Source of the DNA: Antedon mediterranea
Lineage: Eukaryota; Animalia; Echinodermata
Direction: 5' to 3'
DNA length: 64,000 bases
NCBI RefSeq assembly: GCF_964355755.1
Contig: NC_092678.1
Coordinates: forward strand, 23,329,365 to 23,393,364
The notes beneath the pieces were generated by a model. The model was not told where the DNA came from, did not search any database, and was given only the letters and a program-made list of their open reading frames with translations. The translations under genes were made by a program, and so were the position numbers. Below are positions 13,794 to 28,140 of this stretch, piece after piece. Within the stretch, counting starts at the first letter, position 1. The number at the start of each line of letters is the position of its first letter.

Positions 13794-15295
13794 GAAAAAG
13801 CCCTGTGTCTTTAATGATTTTAACAAGTACTGAATTGTAATTAGAAATGTTATTTCGGGAACATTTGGAAATTTCACAGTAAAAAAAGGCTGTTTAGTTG
13901 GAATCGCTCACATAATCATTCTACCAGTAGTTAGTAATAATACCGATTGGAAACTACTGTATTTCTATGTATCTTGTTATTACTCATAAATCATACACCT
14001 AGGTTGTTGACTTGTGTAAGGCTTGCTACAACATAGCTCTTTAGCATTCTTTACATTCACTGGGGATATCCAGTAAATAACAACCAATGAATGATTAATT
14101 AGATCGTAAAGAAAACAAAACTTAAGATTTTATAAATACAGAATAAACAAATGATGACAGTGGTGGTTGGAACTTGGTTGCAGACTAGTCCATTATGGTA
14201 TAGGTGTGTCTAGGAACTTTAACTTTTTGTATTCTAAGCCCTCCCTCTGGATAGCACAGGCAATTGCCCGTTTATTCAGGTAAGCTAGGCACGAAATAGA
14301 CAACAAAACTTAAAATACTGAATAAAATAATATGCAGAATAAACAAGGAAAGCAAGTACTTTAATGAAACTTGAAATTCAGTAATCTTATGTCCAGTGTT
14401 GGTCATACACTGACCACTGTACAGTTACTATAATTAATTAGCATTTAATTAAACTGAAATTGGCTAAAGTTAGGAGATGGTAAGACCTTTTGTTAATAGC
14501 ATGTGTCAACAGGTAACAGGTAAAACATTCTTACTGATACAATAACTGTCTATAATAGGATGTTAAATTGGGGTAATCACAAGCTTAATTTTCTTGTTGT
14601 CAAACCTGTATTACTGAATATATAGACTACACTGCTGTATATACCATCTTCACAGAATGGGATTGAACTTTGTTTCTCAAAAAGCAAAATATTACTGTAT
14701 AGTATAATTAATACAGAGAACGGTAGATAACAGAAGGTGAGAAAGTAGGCATGTCTGGAATTAAATGACAAAGCTGCACTCCAACCAGCACCAGCACTTT
14801 CCATACCTGCAAATTGTCACTCCAAACTGTCAAAATGCTGAACCTCAGCTCATTTTAATAATAACTACAGTACTAAAGTACTATGCCAAATCCCTATAAA
14901 TTAATAATGTTAATATAATGTGAAAACCATCTGCAGACTGCATACAGATACTAACATTAAACAGACAGGATTGTCATTATGATTATGAAAGAACCAATAA
15001 CCTTTATTATTCTCTTTCATTATGTACTAGTACTCTAGCGGAAAATACCATTAATTTGTGTGCCTTTGTGTTGCACTCATTGTACACCCAGACTTGACGA
15101 GAGATGGTAAAAATCAATATTTTAACAGTTTTACTAACACACAGTAACCATACGTATAGTACCTCCATGTAGTAACACACACATTTAAACTGTGACTGGA
15201 AAAATGTAAAAATAGCATTATTTACAGTAGATGGAACAAACCCTATTCCAGAATCTCCCATCTTTGTCATTTCTCATTTGTTTTTCTCAGACTTA

Positions 15296-15549
15296 AGCTC
15301 TGTCTACACTATCAAACTTTATGTGACAAAAAAAGTGATGTGTCCATATATGGACATGAGCTTAGGGTGCATGTCAACTCGGCCCTAAACAGTTTCGGCC
15401 AAAGTCAAGTCGGCCCCACGTCAAGTCGGCCCCAAGTCAAGCTCAAGTCAACACGGTCTCACGTCATCTCCATATTTGGGACTACCACTATGATATTTGG
15501 GCACATCACACTGTTTTTGTCAAACTAGTTTGATAGTGTAGACAGAGCT
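15296..15549. mobile_element. MITE family A with a nested ~100-bp insertion
   Basis: Both TIRs and a TTA TSD are present. Foreign GTCAAGTCGGCCCC repeats occupy about 15359-15462. Confidence 0.88.
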
Positions 15550-15985
15550 TTATGGCATGAATACTGATTCTCTCCTTGAAAAAGACTTGCCTGTGGATCA
15601 TGCTATTAGGATAACATTACTGTAGTTCATCAATGTGATAGTTTATAATACTGTAGCTTATCAATTAATTGCTAGGACCAATTAAACCATAATACTATCA
15701 TAAACAACGACATATGTTGTCAAGATAAAACTGAGTGATGGCTAAAATTGACATTTATAGTTTGATTGGCAGCTACAAACTTTAATGTTTAAAACAACAT
15801 AATTTGATTGACTATTAAATGTTATACGAAAATAAAGACATTTATATTGTCAGATTATGAACTTGTATTTGTACATTACCTGAACATTTACATCACGATT
15901 TCTTACAAAAAGGTACGAAATAATATAAAGTATTTAGGTGAAATTTTCAATTACAGTAGGATTCCAGGATCTATTAAGTAAGATT

Positions 15986-16463
15986 GGATACCAAAATGAG
16001 CATCTATTTTAACCACTGGATACCAAAATAAGCATCTTTTTTAACCTCTGGATACCAAAATGAGCATCTATATTCACCTCTGGATACCAAAATAAGCATC
16101 TTTTTTAACCTCTGGATACCAAAATGAGCATCTATTTTAACCTTTGGATACCAAAATGAGCATCTATTTTAACCTCTGGATACCATAATGAGCATCTATT
16201 TTAACCTCTGGATACCAAAATGAGCATCTATTTTAACCTTTGGATACCAAAATGAGCATCTATTTTAACCTCTGGATACCATAATGAGCATCTATTTTAA
16301 CCTCTGGATACCAAAATGAGCATCTATTTTAACCTCTGGATACCAAAATGAGCATCTATTTTAACCTCTGGATACCAAAATGAGCATCTATTTTAACCTC
16401 TGGATACCAAAATGAGCATTTTTTTTAACTCTCGATACCAAAATGAGCATCTTTTTTAACCTT
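15986..16463. repeat. 32-bp minisatellite x~15
   Basis: TGGATACCAAAATGAGCATCTATTTTAACCTC. Confidence 0.95.
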
Positions 16464-16615
16464 TCTTTGTAAAATTACGTTTACTTTACTAAATATTGAA
16501 TAACCTCATACCAAATCTCAACTCTGTTGCTACAGCAATACGCTCAACATTTTAAAAACGAATTTCAGTTTTTACACCAAAAGATTTAAACACATCATAG
16601 GAAATAAATATTTAA

Positions 16616-17134
16616 AGATCTATTGTCCCTTTGTCAAATTCCAAAAAAAAAAATAAAATAAAATATTTCGAAAAAAAGTGGGTCATTTTGAAAAAAAAAA
16701 ATCACTTAACTGAATACAGACGTTTTTTGGTTCAAAAATAACTTTGACTTCCAGTCAAAGTTTTCTATCAAAATATATCTTATAATGCAACACGCTTATT
16801 TGGCTACTCTGTATGCATAATCATAAAACTTCTTCGCGATCTGTGTGAAAACATCTTCTCATCTGTGACGATTTGTAAACAATCCTAATTAGCATCATAC
16901 TGTACATAATGTATACTCATGGTTTGAAATCTTTGTTCACTTTCGCTCAGGACGATTATCCAGACGAAATGTAATCAAATTAATTTAGCTATTAATTACG
17001 TAAAATTGTTGTTTTTGGCTCGAATTTTCGACTTAAGGTGAATAACTTTAATATTACTTTGAAGTTTGATATGGCCAATTTAAATTTAGAATATTTTTAC
17101 CTTCATTTTTTTGTGTTTCAAGGGACAAACATCT
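16616..17134. mobile_element. TTAA-flanked non-autonomous DNA transposon (Kolobok-like), family C
   Basis: TTAA|AGATCTATTGTCCCTT...AAGGGACAAACATCT|TTAA, with a full-length inverted copy at 53816-54366. Confidence 0.87.
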
Positions 17135-17401
17135 TTAATAGCTTGCCATATTATTGATTGACGTGATTATTTTAGTACAAGGTTTTATTTATGAATCCAA
17201 GGAACTAGACATGTTGAATTACAAGTAGCTACTTGATCAATCCACAGTCACCAATTATTTTAAATAATTTGGCTGTCTAGATGGATTACAAACAACAGAG
17301 CGGCATTATAGTGTAATTACAGAGGAACTCGATCTCTAGTGTATAGTTGAGTGTGAAGTTGAACTTAACTGATGACAAGGAACAAGTGTTGGCAGATTTA
17401 A

Positions 17402-17660
17402 AGCTCTGTCTACACAGTATCAAACTTTGACAAAAAAAAGTGTGATGTGCCCAAATATGGCAGTGATATGTCCAAATATGGTAGTGATTTAACATCATCA
17501 GATCCATATGGGAACATCACATTTTTGTTATCAACTAGTGACTAGTGACTGGCAAAAAAAGTGTGATGCGCCCAAATATGGTAGTGATATGACATCATCA
17601 TGTTCATATGGGAACATCACATATTTGTTGTCACATAAGTTTGATAGTGTAGACACTGCT
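17402..17660. mobile_element. MITE family A, internally duplicated
   Basis: Both TIRs are present and the internal core occurs twice. Confidence 0.85.
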
Positions 17661-18997
17661 TTAGGAACAAAATTGCTTAGCTACATTCTAGTTAAGCAGC
17701 CGACGATGTTTATTAATAGAAAAATGTTTGTTTTTTAACATAATCAATGAATTAGAAAAATGGTGGATAATCCATACTCATTTTCTTTTTCAATATTTAC
17801 TGTATTTTTCAGATAAATTGTAGCCTCCTCTTTAAAACACCTACTGTACTCCTGTTGTATCTTATCCCAATTTTGTACATCCCTCATTAAACTGTAAATA
17901 ACTAGTTAGTTCAAGTAATATTTATTACTAGGATTTTTACACTATAAAATATAGTGGAATCATTTATACACTAATGCAAACATTTCATACATTATTTTTG
18001 CTTACAGATTATACTCAAATGCCCAATTTTTACTGTAAATATCTGCTCTACCATTTGATATCTGATCATATCCTTGTTGTAATGTTAAATAATGCTATGA
18101 TTTTACAAGAATTAAATATAAAGTAACATTCTAAAAAGTCAACAAGGCAAACATTTCATAATCTGTTCTAATAAATTTGAATTGAATGAAGTGGCTAAGT
18201 CATGATAGCAACCAAGTCTAGAGTTTCGTGCGGACCATGAATGGATTCAGTGGGTAGAAGAGCAAACAGTGACTCACTCTGTACACATGAGAAGGTCTAC
18301 AGTAAACAAACAGTATACGACGTCAGCACCATGTGCGTCTACAGTATAGTATTGTAGTAACTCTATTGCACTATGGCATCTCGTAGTGGTTTAGGAATTC
18401 TAATCTAAGCTGAAATATCCACTAATACCCGCAGTGTGGCGGATCCTGTCTAAAATTGTGAAATAGGAAGAAGAAGAAGGGGTGGGAGGCGGGGGGAGAG
18501 GAAGAAACTCCTAAATTATGGATTCATAAGAATAGGGCTAGTTCTGACTGGTTGAAAATTGTTTATTTCGGATGTGTCACTTGTGATAGTAAAGGAAATG
18601 TACAGTAGAAACAATGGAGGATATTTAAGTGATATTACACAGTCTGAGGTTAAAATATTATATTTTTAGGCAATGTTGAGACAAACGCACTTTATATTCA
18701 TTGTTATATTCCAAACATCATTGTTTTTTTATATATAAATGTTGTTGATATTGCCAAGTGACTTTGTAGTGTAAGACAACAGCTTTGTAAACACAGTATA
18801 TATTTTAAGAAATGCAACCAAAATCATTAGCTATTTTCCTATATTATATTTAAACCAGTGTTTACATAAATAATATTTACTTAGCTCTTTGTAAAGAATT
18901 GTGTCCGGCTGAACAAAGAATAAGCAACAGACCAATCTAAACTTAACAGATTTAATGGTCTTATTCAGTTACATAAAGGAAGATACACATGTTCTAA

Positions 18998-19156
18998 AGC
19001 TCTGTCTTCACTATCAAACTAGTTTGACAAAAAAAGTGTGATGTGCCCAAATATGGTAATGATATGCTTAAATATGGTAGTGATATGACATCATCATGTC
19101 CATATGGGCACATCACATTTTTTTGTCAGATAAAGTTTGATAGTGTAAACAGAGCT
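18998..19156. mobile_element. MITE family A
   Basis: Both TIRs and a TAA TSD. Confidence 0.9.
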
Positions 19157-20304
19157 TAAGCAATTATAAATGATGTCTATGTTGTACTGTAAGCCGAGAT
19201 TTTCTAAGTTTTTACTGCAAGTTGGCACATCTTCAACCCCATCTCTGCTACCTTCATCCACCCCCTCTCCTCCTTTTCATTTAACCACCATGTGACTTCA
19301 TCATCAAACTCATGAATCATACAATTATTTTTTTTTCATGTACTAAATGTATTTTGCAATAAACCATTTTCAGATGAAATAAGCAAATTTGTTATTGTTA
19401 TTTTATTCATTGTTTCTGTCTTGGAGAATATGATTTACGAGCATCATAACCAATAAAGGATTTCACATAGGAAGTGATAGATTACCCTGCTACAGTATAG
19501 AGCGGTAATACAGTCTCATGAATGACAAGATAGTACTTAAAACATACATCCTTTTGGTAACAAAGAGGGGCTAATACTGAGGATTTAGGCGGAAGGGGGA
19601 GGGGAGGTATGTATTTCAAATACATATTATCGACTGAAAATACAGTATTTGAATTTTTTTGGGATGTAGAGAGAATGGGAGAACTTGTGAAAATGTGGTA
19701 CTGTGTGGTAGCAAGTTGTTGTTATTCCAAGCTTAGCAGGGCTTAACTATTCTATTAAATTATCCACCTACACCACGGTATTGCATGGCTCGTATGCAAT
19801 GCTTTTAATGCAGTTATTTTACACTCACTCTCTCACTCACTCAGTACAACTGACAGCCTGCCATGACAGATTTCAATAACCTTTTTCTAAGCTAAGTACA
19901 GTACTTACCAACTACTGTAACTTTGAAGGCTAATTCGTATACCTGTCAGAAATTAATTATTAGAGCGTTTTACAGGAAAAAGAAGAATCTTATTCACTTT
20001 ATTTGATTAGAACAAATTTTTTTTAATTTCAAAATGCTATAGTACTAAACTTACTACTGTAGTAGTTGAGTACTTTTGATCAATACAAGGCCATGGTTTT
20101 CTTGTTCGTCAACAACACTACAAACTTAAATAATACTATAGACCTTTCTGAATAGTCGCAAACAATAAAAATGTCCCTGACTACAACAAGGTGGATGTAT
20201 TGTTTACTACAACAATAGAGTATGCAGTGAATTGGGCTTTAAACCTCTTATGCAATGTGGTAATCACAATAAGAGTCTACAACACCTTGTGTCTTACACA
20301 ATGA

Positions 20305-20421
20305 AAAACAGTTTAAAGGAGTCTGTGAACAAGTGGGACAATAGAAAACAGTTTAAAGGAGTCTGTGAACAAGTGGGACAATAGAAAACAGTTTAAAGTA
20401 GTCTGTGAACAAGAGAGACAA
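20305..20421. repeat. 40-bp tandem repeat x3
   Basis: AAAACAGTTTAAAGGAGTCTGTGAACAAGTGGGACAATAG. Confidence 0.9.
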
Positions 20422-21475
20422 CTCTATCATTGTGTACAAGTACTCGAGTAACGGTTCTTAATTTGAATATTTAAATTTTAATTCATGTTATTATACTAGA
20501 TTTTAATGTTTTAATTAACTTTTATATGAATTTTATATAATCATTGTAAATTTTTAAGCCTTTAATATATTTTATGTCATTTGAATATTTAATATTTTAT
20601 GTGTTGTACTGTATGTTTGTTTTATCGAGGGCCCTGAATGATCAGTTCTATTAGGAACTGGATAGGCTACCCTCAGTAAATGGTAATAAATAAATAAATA
20701 AAATAAATAAATAAATGTCTGTACCTACAGTTACTCACTATCACAAAGATCAGTTGATATGGTAGTAGGGAAATGGTTGGGGTGGGGAGATGTTAAAAGA
20801 TTTTACCTTCTCTAAGGTTTTTTTCTATCACGAACCAGGTCCTTCTGCAGGATTTTATATTTCATGCTAAAATAAGATATACAATATTGTTCATATCCAT
20901 GCAATGTGGTTGGAGTTGAGATTTAATTGAATATTTAGTTGTTATATTCATAATGGGGTTTTTTTCCCAACAAACTACTGTACTATACTTGATTAAACCT
21001 TACCGTATGAATAAAATACAGTATAATGCTATGATATGAAGATATATACAATTATAATTAGATGGTATTAATAACATACATTCAAAGGTTAAAGGTCAAA
21101 GGTTAATTAATGATATATTTATGATGTCACATATCTATTTATCCAGGGAAAAGTAAATGCACACCTCTCATCATTCAGTAGACTAAACGCTGATATGGTG
21201 TTATTAGCCTAGCTCTATAAACTGAAAGCCCATGTTTTATGGCGATAAGCCTTGCTTACTGTATGATATAACGCAAACCAACCATAAATCGACAGCATTT
21301 GTGAAGGATTAGCAAACCGACTGTATGCATGGGTATTATATATCACAGAGGCTAGAGGACTTAGTGTCTATAGCTAAGTTTAAATAGTCACAAGTCATAT
21401 TCAGTGGCAATGTAATAAAAATGTCATTGCATCATTGTAGATTTCATTAATATTAAAAGCCAACGTTAATTCCAT

Positions 21476-22003
21476 TCTAGCTATGTTAAAGGTACAGTGA
21501 CTAGGAGAGTTCAATTCAACTCTAGCTATGTTAAAGGTACAGTGACTAGGAGAGTTCAATTCAACTCTAGATATGTTAAAGGTACAGTGACTAGGAGAGT
21601 TCAATTCAACTCTAGATATGTTAAAGGTACAGTGACTAGGAGAGTTCAATTCAACTCTAGCTATGTTAAAGGTACAGTGACTAGGAGAGTTCAATTCAAC
21701 TCTAGATATGTTAAAGGTACAGTGACTAGGAGAGTTCAATTCAACTCTAGCTATGTTAAAGGTACAGTGACTAGGAGAGTTCAATTCAACTCTAGATATG
21801 TTAAAGGTACAGTGACTAGGAGAGTTCAATTCAACTCTAGATATGTTAAAGATACAGTGACTAGGAGAGTTCAATTCAACTCTAGCTATGTTAAAGGTAC
21901 AGTGACTAGGAGAGTTCCATTCTACTCTAGCTATGTTAAAGATACAGTGACTAGGAGAGTTCAATTCAACTCTAGCTATGTTAAAGGTACAGTGACTAGG
22001 AGA
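21476..22003. repeat. 45-bp minisatellite x~12
   Basis: TCTAG(C/A)TATGTTAAAGGTACAGTGACTAGGAGAGTTCAATTCAAC. Confidence 0.95.
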
Positions 22004-24000
22004 GCTCAGTATACTGTACATTAGACTGATAAAATATTAATATCAATTGTTAACTTATAATTTATATAGTGTTCATAAAACCTTTGGTTTTTAAATAAGA
22101 AGTCAGTATTTTTAGACACTACACTACTATCAGTACAGTATTAAGTGTTTTTATTGTACAGAATTACAATACCATACCAATACCAGGGTCACCTTTTTGT
22201 TGTTGAAATCGTAAAATAAGACCATATAGCTTTGGCCAAAACTAAGCACTTCAATTGTGATAAAATTACATGTATTAACAATAATATTTTATTCTATTTA
22301 ATTAAACTTTACAGGCTACAACAGAGATTTTGTTTGAACTTTAAACATAAGTCAAACTTAAACAATTTACAATGTAGGCTAATAATAGGCTATTCCAACT
22401 ATTACCGGGCCGGCCGGCCGGTACAATTATGTATTACAACACCTAACAATTTGAGCAGTTCAATTGACTGTACATATCATACTATCAGACGCATTGTGAT
22501 ACTATGACCTATGAGAATAAAATGATAACAGTGTTCAACTATTGATTTTTGTGCTAAATCAATAGAAATGAATAAACGACCCTCATATTGCATAAATACA
22601 TATATTTATACTGCAATACAGTAGCTTTTTCACTCCTGAGTCCTATATCAATGGTTATATCAATTCTGTACAATAATCTAATTTGTACCATTCATAACTG
22701 TATCTCAATGGTTGTACAGTAGGCTACTTTTAACACTAACAGTGATACAGTATGGTATAAGCTGAAGTAGGCCTTGCTAAATGCTCAGACTATTATCCAA
22801 AAGAAAGGATGAGTTCTAACTGTAAATATTTCAAACAATTTTTTTCTCTACACAGATGGCATTAATAATAAACCTTTGCCTCACAAACTAATTTCTCAGC
22901 TTTCATGAGATAAGAGCACTACCTTACATTACAACTTAAATTAAATTATTTGAACAACCCACACGAATAAACAAATGATCCAAAAAATAAAGTATGCGAT
23001 AGAAAATGCAATCTAAAACAGACAGATAATAAGTAAGTAAGTATTTCATCAGTATTCAACATAGATTTAATTAGCAATAAGAAAAACAAACCGATCACTC
23101 AATAACAAAAATAGAAGACGGCAAGATGACCACTGACCCGGTAACGGGAAAACAACGCCTTTTAATTATTGCATAACAAACAGTGGCATCAATGCATAGA
23201 GGTCATAGAGGTCATGGAACATTAGCGTTAATATGATAATGCTCTCGAAGGATCTTTAGTTCTTTGCCATGGAAATCTAATGTAATTAAAGTTTCGAAAT
23301 GAATCTTGTAATTGCAATGTTGTTTATCTCGATGTTCTTATTGCGCAATACACTAGGTGTTAACCTGGTGGTTTTTTAAGGAACGAGAAGAGGTGTAAAT
23401 CTTTTCAACTAGTAGTAGTAGCGCTGTAGTTTAAATGTACACATACATACAGTAGGAATATTGCATGATATACAATTACAATAAAATGCTTCATTAATAA
23501 ACAGGTTTAATCTACCATGACAAAATAAATTGAAAGCGCAAAACGTGTTTAAAAGTTCTTTCAACCACATTTAAAGCAATTTAAAAAGCTAATGTTTAGT
23601 ACATTGATGATTGAATCCTACCAATTATTTTCACTGTGTAACATGCATTACAATTCATTAATAATGTCATTTTACTAAAATTATCTTTCTTTAATAATTT
23701 CAGACATAAGTCAAATAGCTGATCATTGAGCTATTTGTTATTAACCAACAAAAAAACATGGTTTGAACATTCTTATTTAGCCATATGCAAACCCATTGTT
23801 AAGCCAATCACAAGAATTTGAAACCACAGGGGAGAGAACAGCCTTGACTGGCTGGGGTGAAGATAAACACACGCCTTACCCCGGTTGTTGACATGAGGCT
23901 AGCCCTAGCTCTCTCTGTCTGTCGGAGAATTGATGGATAGGGATAAAAACTAAATATTTCCAGAACTTTAACATACTTTTTAGATACAATAAGATTAATT

Positions 24001-24290
24001 AAAATACCTGAAATGTTGTAAACTGAGCGTATTCCTGTTTTTAAGACATTCAGAATAAAACAAATTGATCAATTTCAAAACCTGTGTATTCTGTCTCTCG
24101 TCTGCTCCTCAAAAGTGTGGTCACTTACACTATAACAAAAATAGAGGTCGCTATATACATTATTTAATATCATCAGAGAAATCCACACGACAAAAATAGA
24201 GGTCGCTATACACATAATTTATTTTGTCACAAACCCTGGGATTTTATATAACAAGAAGTACATTAAGAAATGCATTGTCATTGTCTTTTG
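24001..24290 (-). repeat. Paralogous copy of the 28741-29007 module (putative promoter plus non-coding first exon)
   Basis: Co-linear similarity, including AAATACCTGAAATGTTGTA.AACTGAGCGTATTCCTGT (CAG|GTATTT donor on the minus strand) and the doubled ACAAAAATAGAGGTCGCTATAC motif. Confidence 0.75.
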
Positions 24291-26143
24291 ATTTGATAAA
24301 TAAACATATTCGTATTAAAGAATAGAAATTTATTTTCTTTTTCACACCATCATCAAACAGCAAATACAAAACTCACCAATGGGAAACACATGCATATTTT
24401 TATTGTATTTTATAAGTTTGTATCTTTCCTTTTCTAGAGGCTTTTTTAAATAAATTGAATTGAAATTGAATTAAATAAGTATTTTAAATGTCTTTCTTAT
24501 ATAAGTATTTGTATTGTCTTATACAAGTTTGTTAAATGTCTTATCTTGCCAAGGAAAACAATTTTCAAAAATGTTGCATTTTTGACAAATAAAGTTTACC
24601 TATATTATTTATGTCTAAGTCTCATATGAGGCTTCCTGCCTTTCAAATTCTGTCATGTCGAAATGGAACTGATTTTAACTAGTCCTTACTCATACCTAAT
24701 GCGCAACAATTTAACAAAATTATTCAATTTTTTTCTTTTTGTTTGTGCATGAAGGATCTTGTTGACTAGCACACGATTGATTGATTGCTTGTTATTTCAT
24801 CATGCAAAATACATATTACACATTTAAATCATACAACTACAATTTAAGCAGTTCAACTTTTCAATTTAAAACATTTATTTTCTTTTATTCCATAAAACAA
24901 ATGACAAAACATTACAAATGATTTTGTTTTTAAATAAAAGAATTGAAAGAGGGCTCAATCCCTAAAAGAGAATAATGTGGCGCTCAATCAAATTTGGAAA
25001 TTCTTTTCCGTACAATTCTGTATTACATTTTAAATATATAAAACAAAAACAAGTATGTTTACAAAACAATATTCATAAACGTTATACCATAAATATATAC
25101 ATAAATAATTAAAGATATAAATCTGTTAACGCTATTATTAAAAAGTGACATCGACTTGTTTACAAAACAATATTTATAAATGTTATAGCATAAATATATA
25201 ATAATGAGTATATGAGTATATATACTTTAATGAGTATGAGTATCTATCTATGGTTTCATGCAACGTATGTTGAATACTTGTAATATTCTTCTTGCTTGTG
25301 TTTGCAAACATATGTTCCATAACTAAAAAATATATTGTAGATGGATTAGTATCCTATATATTTAAGCATGGAGGTATAACCTTATTTTAAGCTTATAGTT
25401 TACGAATTTTCTTTTTTCTTTTTCTGTTTGTACGTTTGTTGATATGGATGAAATTTCCAAAATAAAAGAAACTGATTGATTGATATACATAAATAATTTA
25501 AAATATCTATCTGTTAACGCTATTGTTAAAAAGTGATATAAACTTTGGGATAAAAAATTATATATAACAGTTGGCAGTTAGCAATAACATAAGTAACCTG
25601 CAGACAATGACGTAATTCATAGTGTGTCCTTATTTGGATGCCATTGCTTAAGTGACGTCACAGCCAATACATTTTTAAATGGTGCCAAAGCAGATAAAGA
25701 AACACAATTTTTGAATATAATATTGAATGATCAGTGATAGGACATCTTCCCTCAATTCAAATTTGTAGCTCTGTGTCACATGTCAATCAATCAATCAATC
25801 AAAGTAACATTTATTTCTCTTGTCTTTCATAGAAAATAAAAATTAACAGTAAAAATTATTAAAATAAGAGGGGCAACATTCCTAAAAAGCAAAGCTTGTA
25901 TAAGGCAGCCCATAGAAAATGAAAAAAAAAACAGGACAACACGGGAACCGGAAACAGTAATGAACACTTTTAGATTCAGGGTACCGAAAAGACTAAATAT
26001 CAAAACTACAATGAGTGAAAGGATAATTAAACAAGAGATATCCAAGGTTTTTCTTTACATAATAGAATTTAATTTATTGTTCAACCCTTGGCTTTGTTTT
26101 CTGCGTTGCTTGAAGCGATATCCAGGAACGTTTCGTCATGCTC

Positions 26144-27711
26144 TTATGGGTAGCTTGAAATGTGATCCAGGAAATCTTCTTCCTTGTTGAAACAGTGGTG
26201 ATAATATTTACGGCCTTCAGGGGTACTGAATCTAATGTATGGGCTTTGTGCGACATATTGGTTAGTACTGTTAACGACAAAAACTTGAAGCTTGTAATCC
26301 GCCGACGGTATAAGGCCGTAAAGCTTGCACGGTGAATTCACGTACTTAACTCTTTTTAGGGAATAAGTTGGGTCAGTTCTTTCAGTGTAATATACCTGTG
26401 CAAATAAAACCATCATTAGTATACAAACTGTACAAAAATTACCATTGCGTCAACATTAAACAAAATGAATACATACCCTATAATGTTTTTCCTTTCCTTG
26501 AAGAGATTCGAGCATAACAGGGTCAAAGGTTACCCATGCTGATATTGGTGACACCACGACTTCTACATTTTCTGGAGCACATGGTAGTGGTGGTACTAAA
26601 ACAAATAGATGAATATAATCATAATAATTATGAAGACAGAAATCATTGTCATTAGCATCTAGAATTACACAAAGATTTTTCACTTGTGTAATACACCTTC
26701 AATGCAGAAATTACCTCAGGTCATGGGACCCGGATTCTACATTGTGGTCCTAAAACAGTACTATTGTTACAAATTTGATGCAACTAAGTAGTAAAGAAAG
26801 GTTTGCAGTCCAACATGTGATTCCAAAAGGAATTAAAGTTGAGAATGTCTCAACATTTTGAATGTTATACAATTATCTTCTGGAGTAATGTCACTTTCAC
26901 CAAAATTGGATCGCAAAAAAGATTATTTATCTGAAAAAAATATAATTTAAAGGAAAACTGGTTGAATTCAATAGTTTATTTTGTCTTTTTATAAGTGAAA
27001 TCATTTTTTGTGTTGTCATGTATTGTACATACCTTCCTGGTCATACACAGGAAGACATTTAAAATCAGGAGAAAACTGTGGGCTAAAAAAAAAGGGAAAA
27101 ATACACAGTCAATGTTTGAAATTATGATCTTGTGATTAATAGCAGGGCAAATGTTCCAGTACTAAAAAATTAATTTGGGTGATATTCGCATACTTAATAG
27201 CCCAAGGAAGCAGTAGGTACTGCAACAACAGGATGATAAATTTAATATAATAATGACATTTGTGTATCAGCAAGTGTTGAGTGGAGCCTCACACGTCTAG
27301 ACTAAGTTTTTAGTTTACTTTAAATCTATGTGTTATATAATTGCTTCTTAGGGGAGTCAAGCTAAAATGAGTTACTATAAGTATATTACATGTCATCTGA
27401 TGATACAGCTACAGATTCATCGTAATTTTCCCATTCTGGATTTTGTGTTCCTGTAGTTTGTGTACCTGTGAAATATGTGTTAATTAATTTACTACTGAAC
27501 TACAATGAATTGCAGGGTCCACATTTAATGATAAAAAAAAATCATTGCAATTGTTAAAATTTGGTATAATCCCAATCCCCTCCCCCTCTCCCCTTTATTG
27601 CCTGGCTCTATGGAATTACAAACAGGCCTTCATTATTACTACTACTGTACCTGCTGCCAATGTAAAACACACTGATGCAATTAAAAGTACTAGAACACAC
27701 CATCCATCCAT
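26144..27711 (-). CDS. Putative secreted protein with signal peptide and a single fibronectin type III domain (~185 aa)
   Basis: Exons 27651-27711 (MDGWCVLVLLIASVCFTLAA, hydrophobic signal peptide), 27390-27465, 27033-27082, 26477-26595 and 26144-26395 join in frame with GT-AG sites (558 nt). FN3 pattern: APENVEV..SAWVTFDPV..SLQG..HYRVYY...LYGLIPSADYKLQVFVVN...SPYIRFSTPEG. The C-terminus is uncertain because a possible donor (GTAAAT) follows PEG. Confidence 0.7.
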
Positions 27712-28140
27712 CTTCACTGGACAGATTACCTGACAAAACCACTAAATACTGAACAAAAAAAAAATATAATCATTAGTTTATTATTCATGATTAATTCAAT
27801 TATCTCTACAGTACCATGATATTGAAATTGCATTATATACTAATAACTCCATATTCTAATAAATTATTTAAAAACATTATCAGATTATTTAATTTATTAA
27901 TAAGGATACATACATAATGCAACCAAGACAATTAACATAATTATAACATAAATTGTATTATTATTTCTATCATGAATTATTGTATAGTTAATGATAAAAC
28001 AATTAAAACATAGATATAATATCTAATAGAAATAGACACAAAAAATATTAGTTATAACATTTTAATGCACTAATGGTTGTTACATGAGGGGTACCAAAAT
28101 TCTCAGCTCTAAATAAAATTCAAACAATACACAAAGTTAA

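Noticed and set aside
14708-14806. Minus-strand frame VWKVLVLVGVQLCHLIPDMPTFSP resembling the FN3 gene N-terminus
   Set aside because: The similarity is short and compositional, there is no start codon, and CAG|GTATGG could equally be a donor.
21401-22024. 206-aa and 175-aa ORFs on opposite strands
   Set aside because: They result from a 45-bp tandem repeat, with no splice signals, no domain and no codon-position pattern of variation.
23200-23214. Perfect DR3 AGGTCA-TAG-AGGTCA
   Set aside because: It is simply explained by a 9-bp tandem duplication (TAGAGGTCA) and has no linked promoter.
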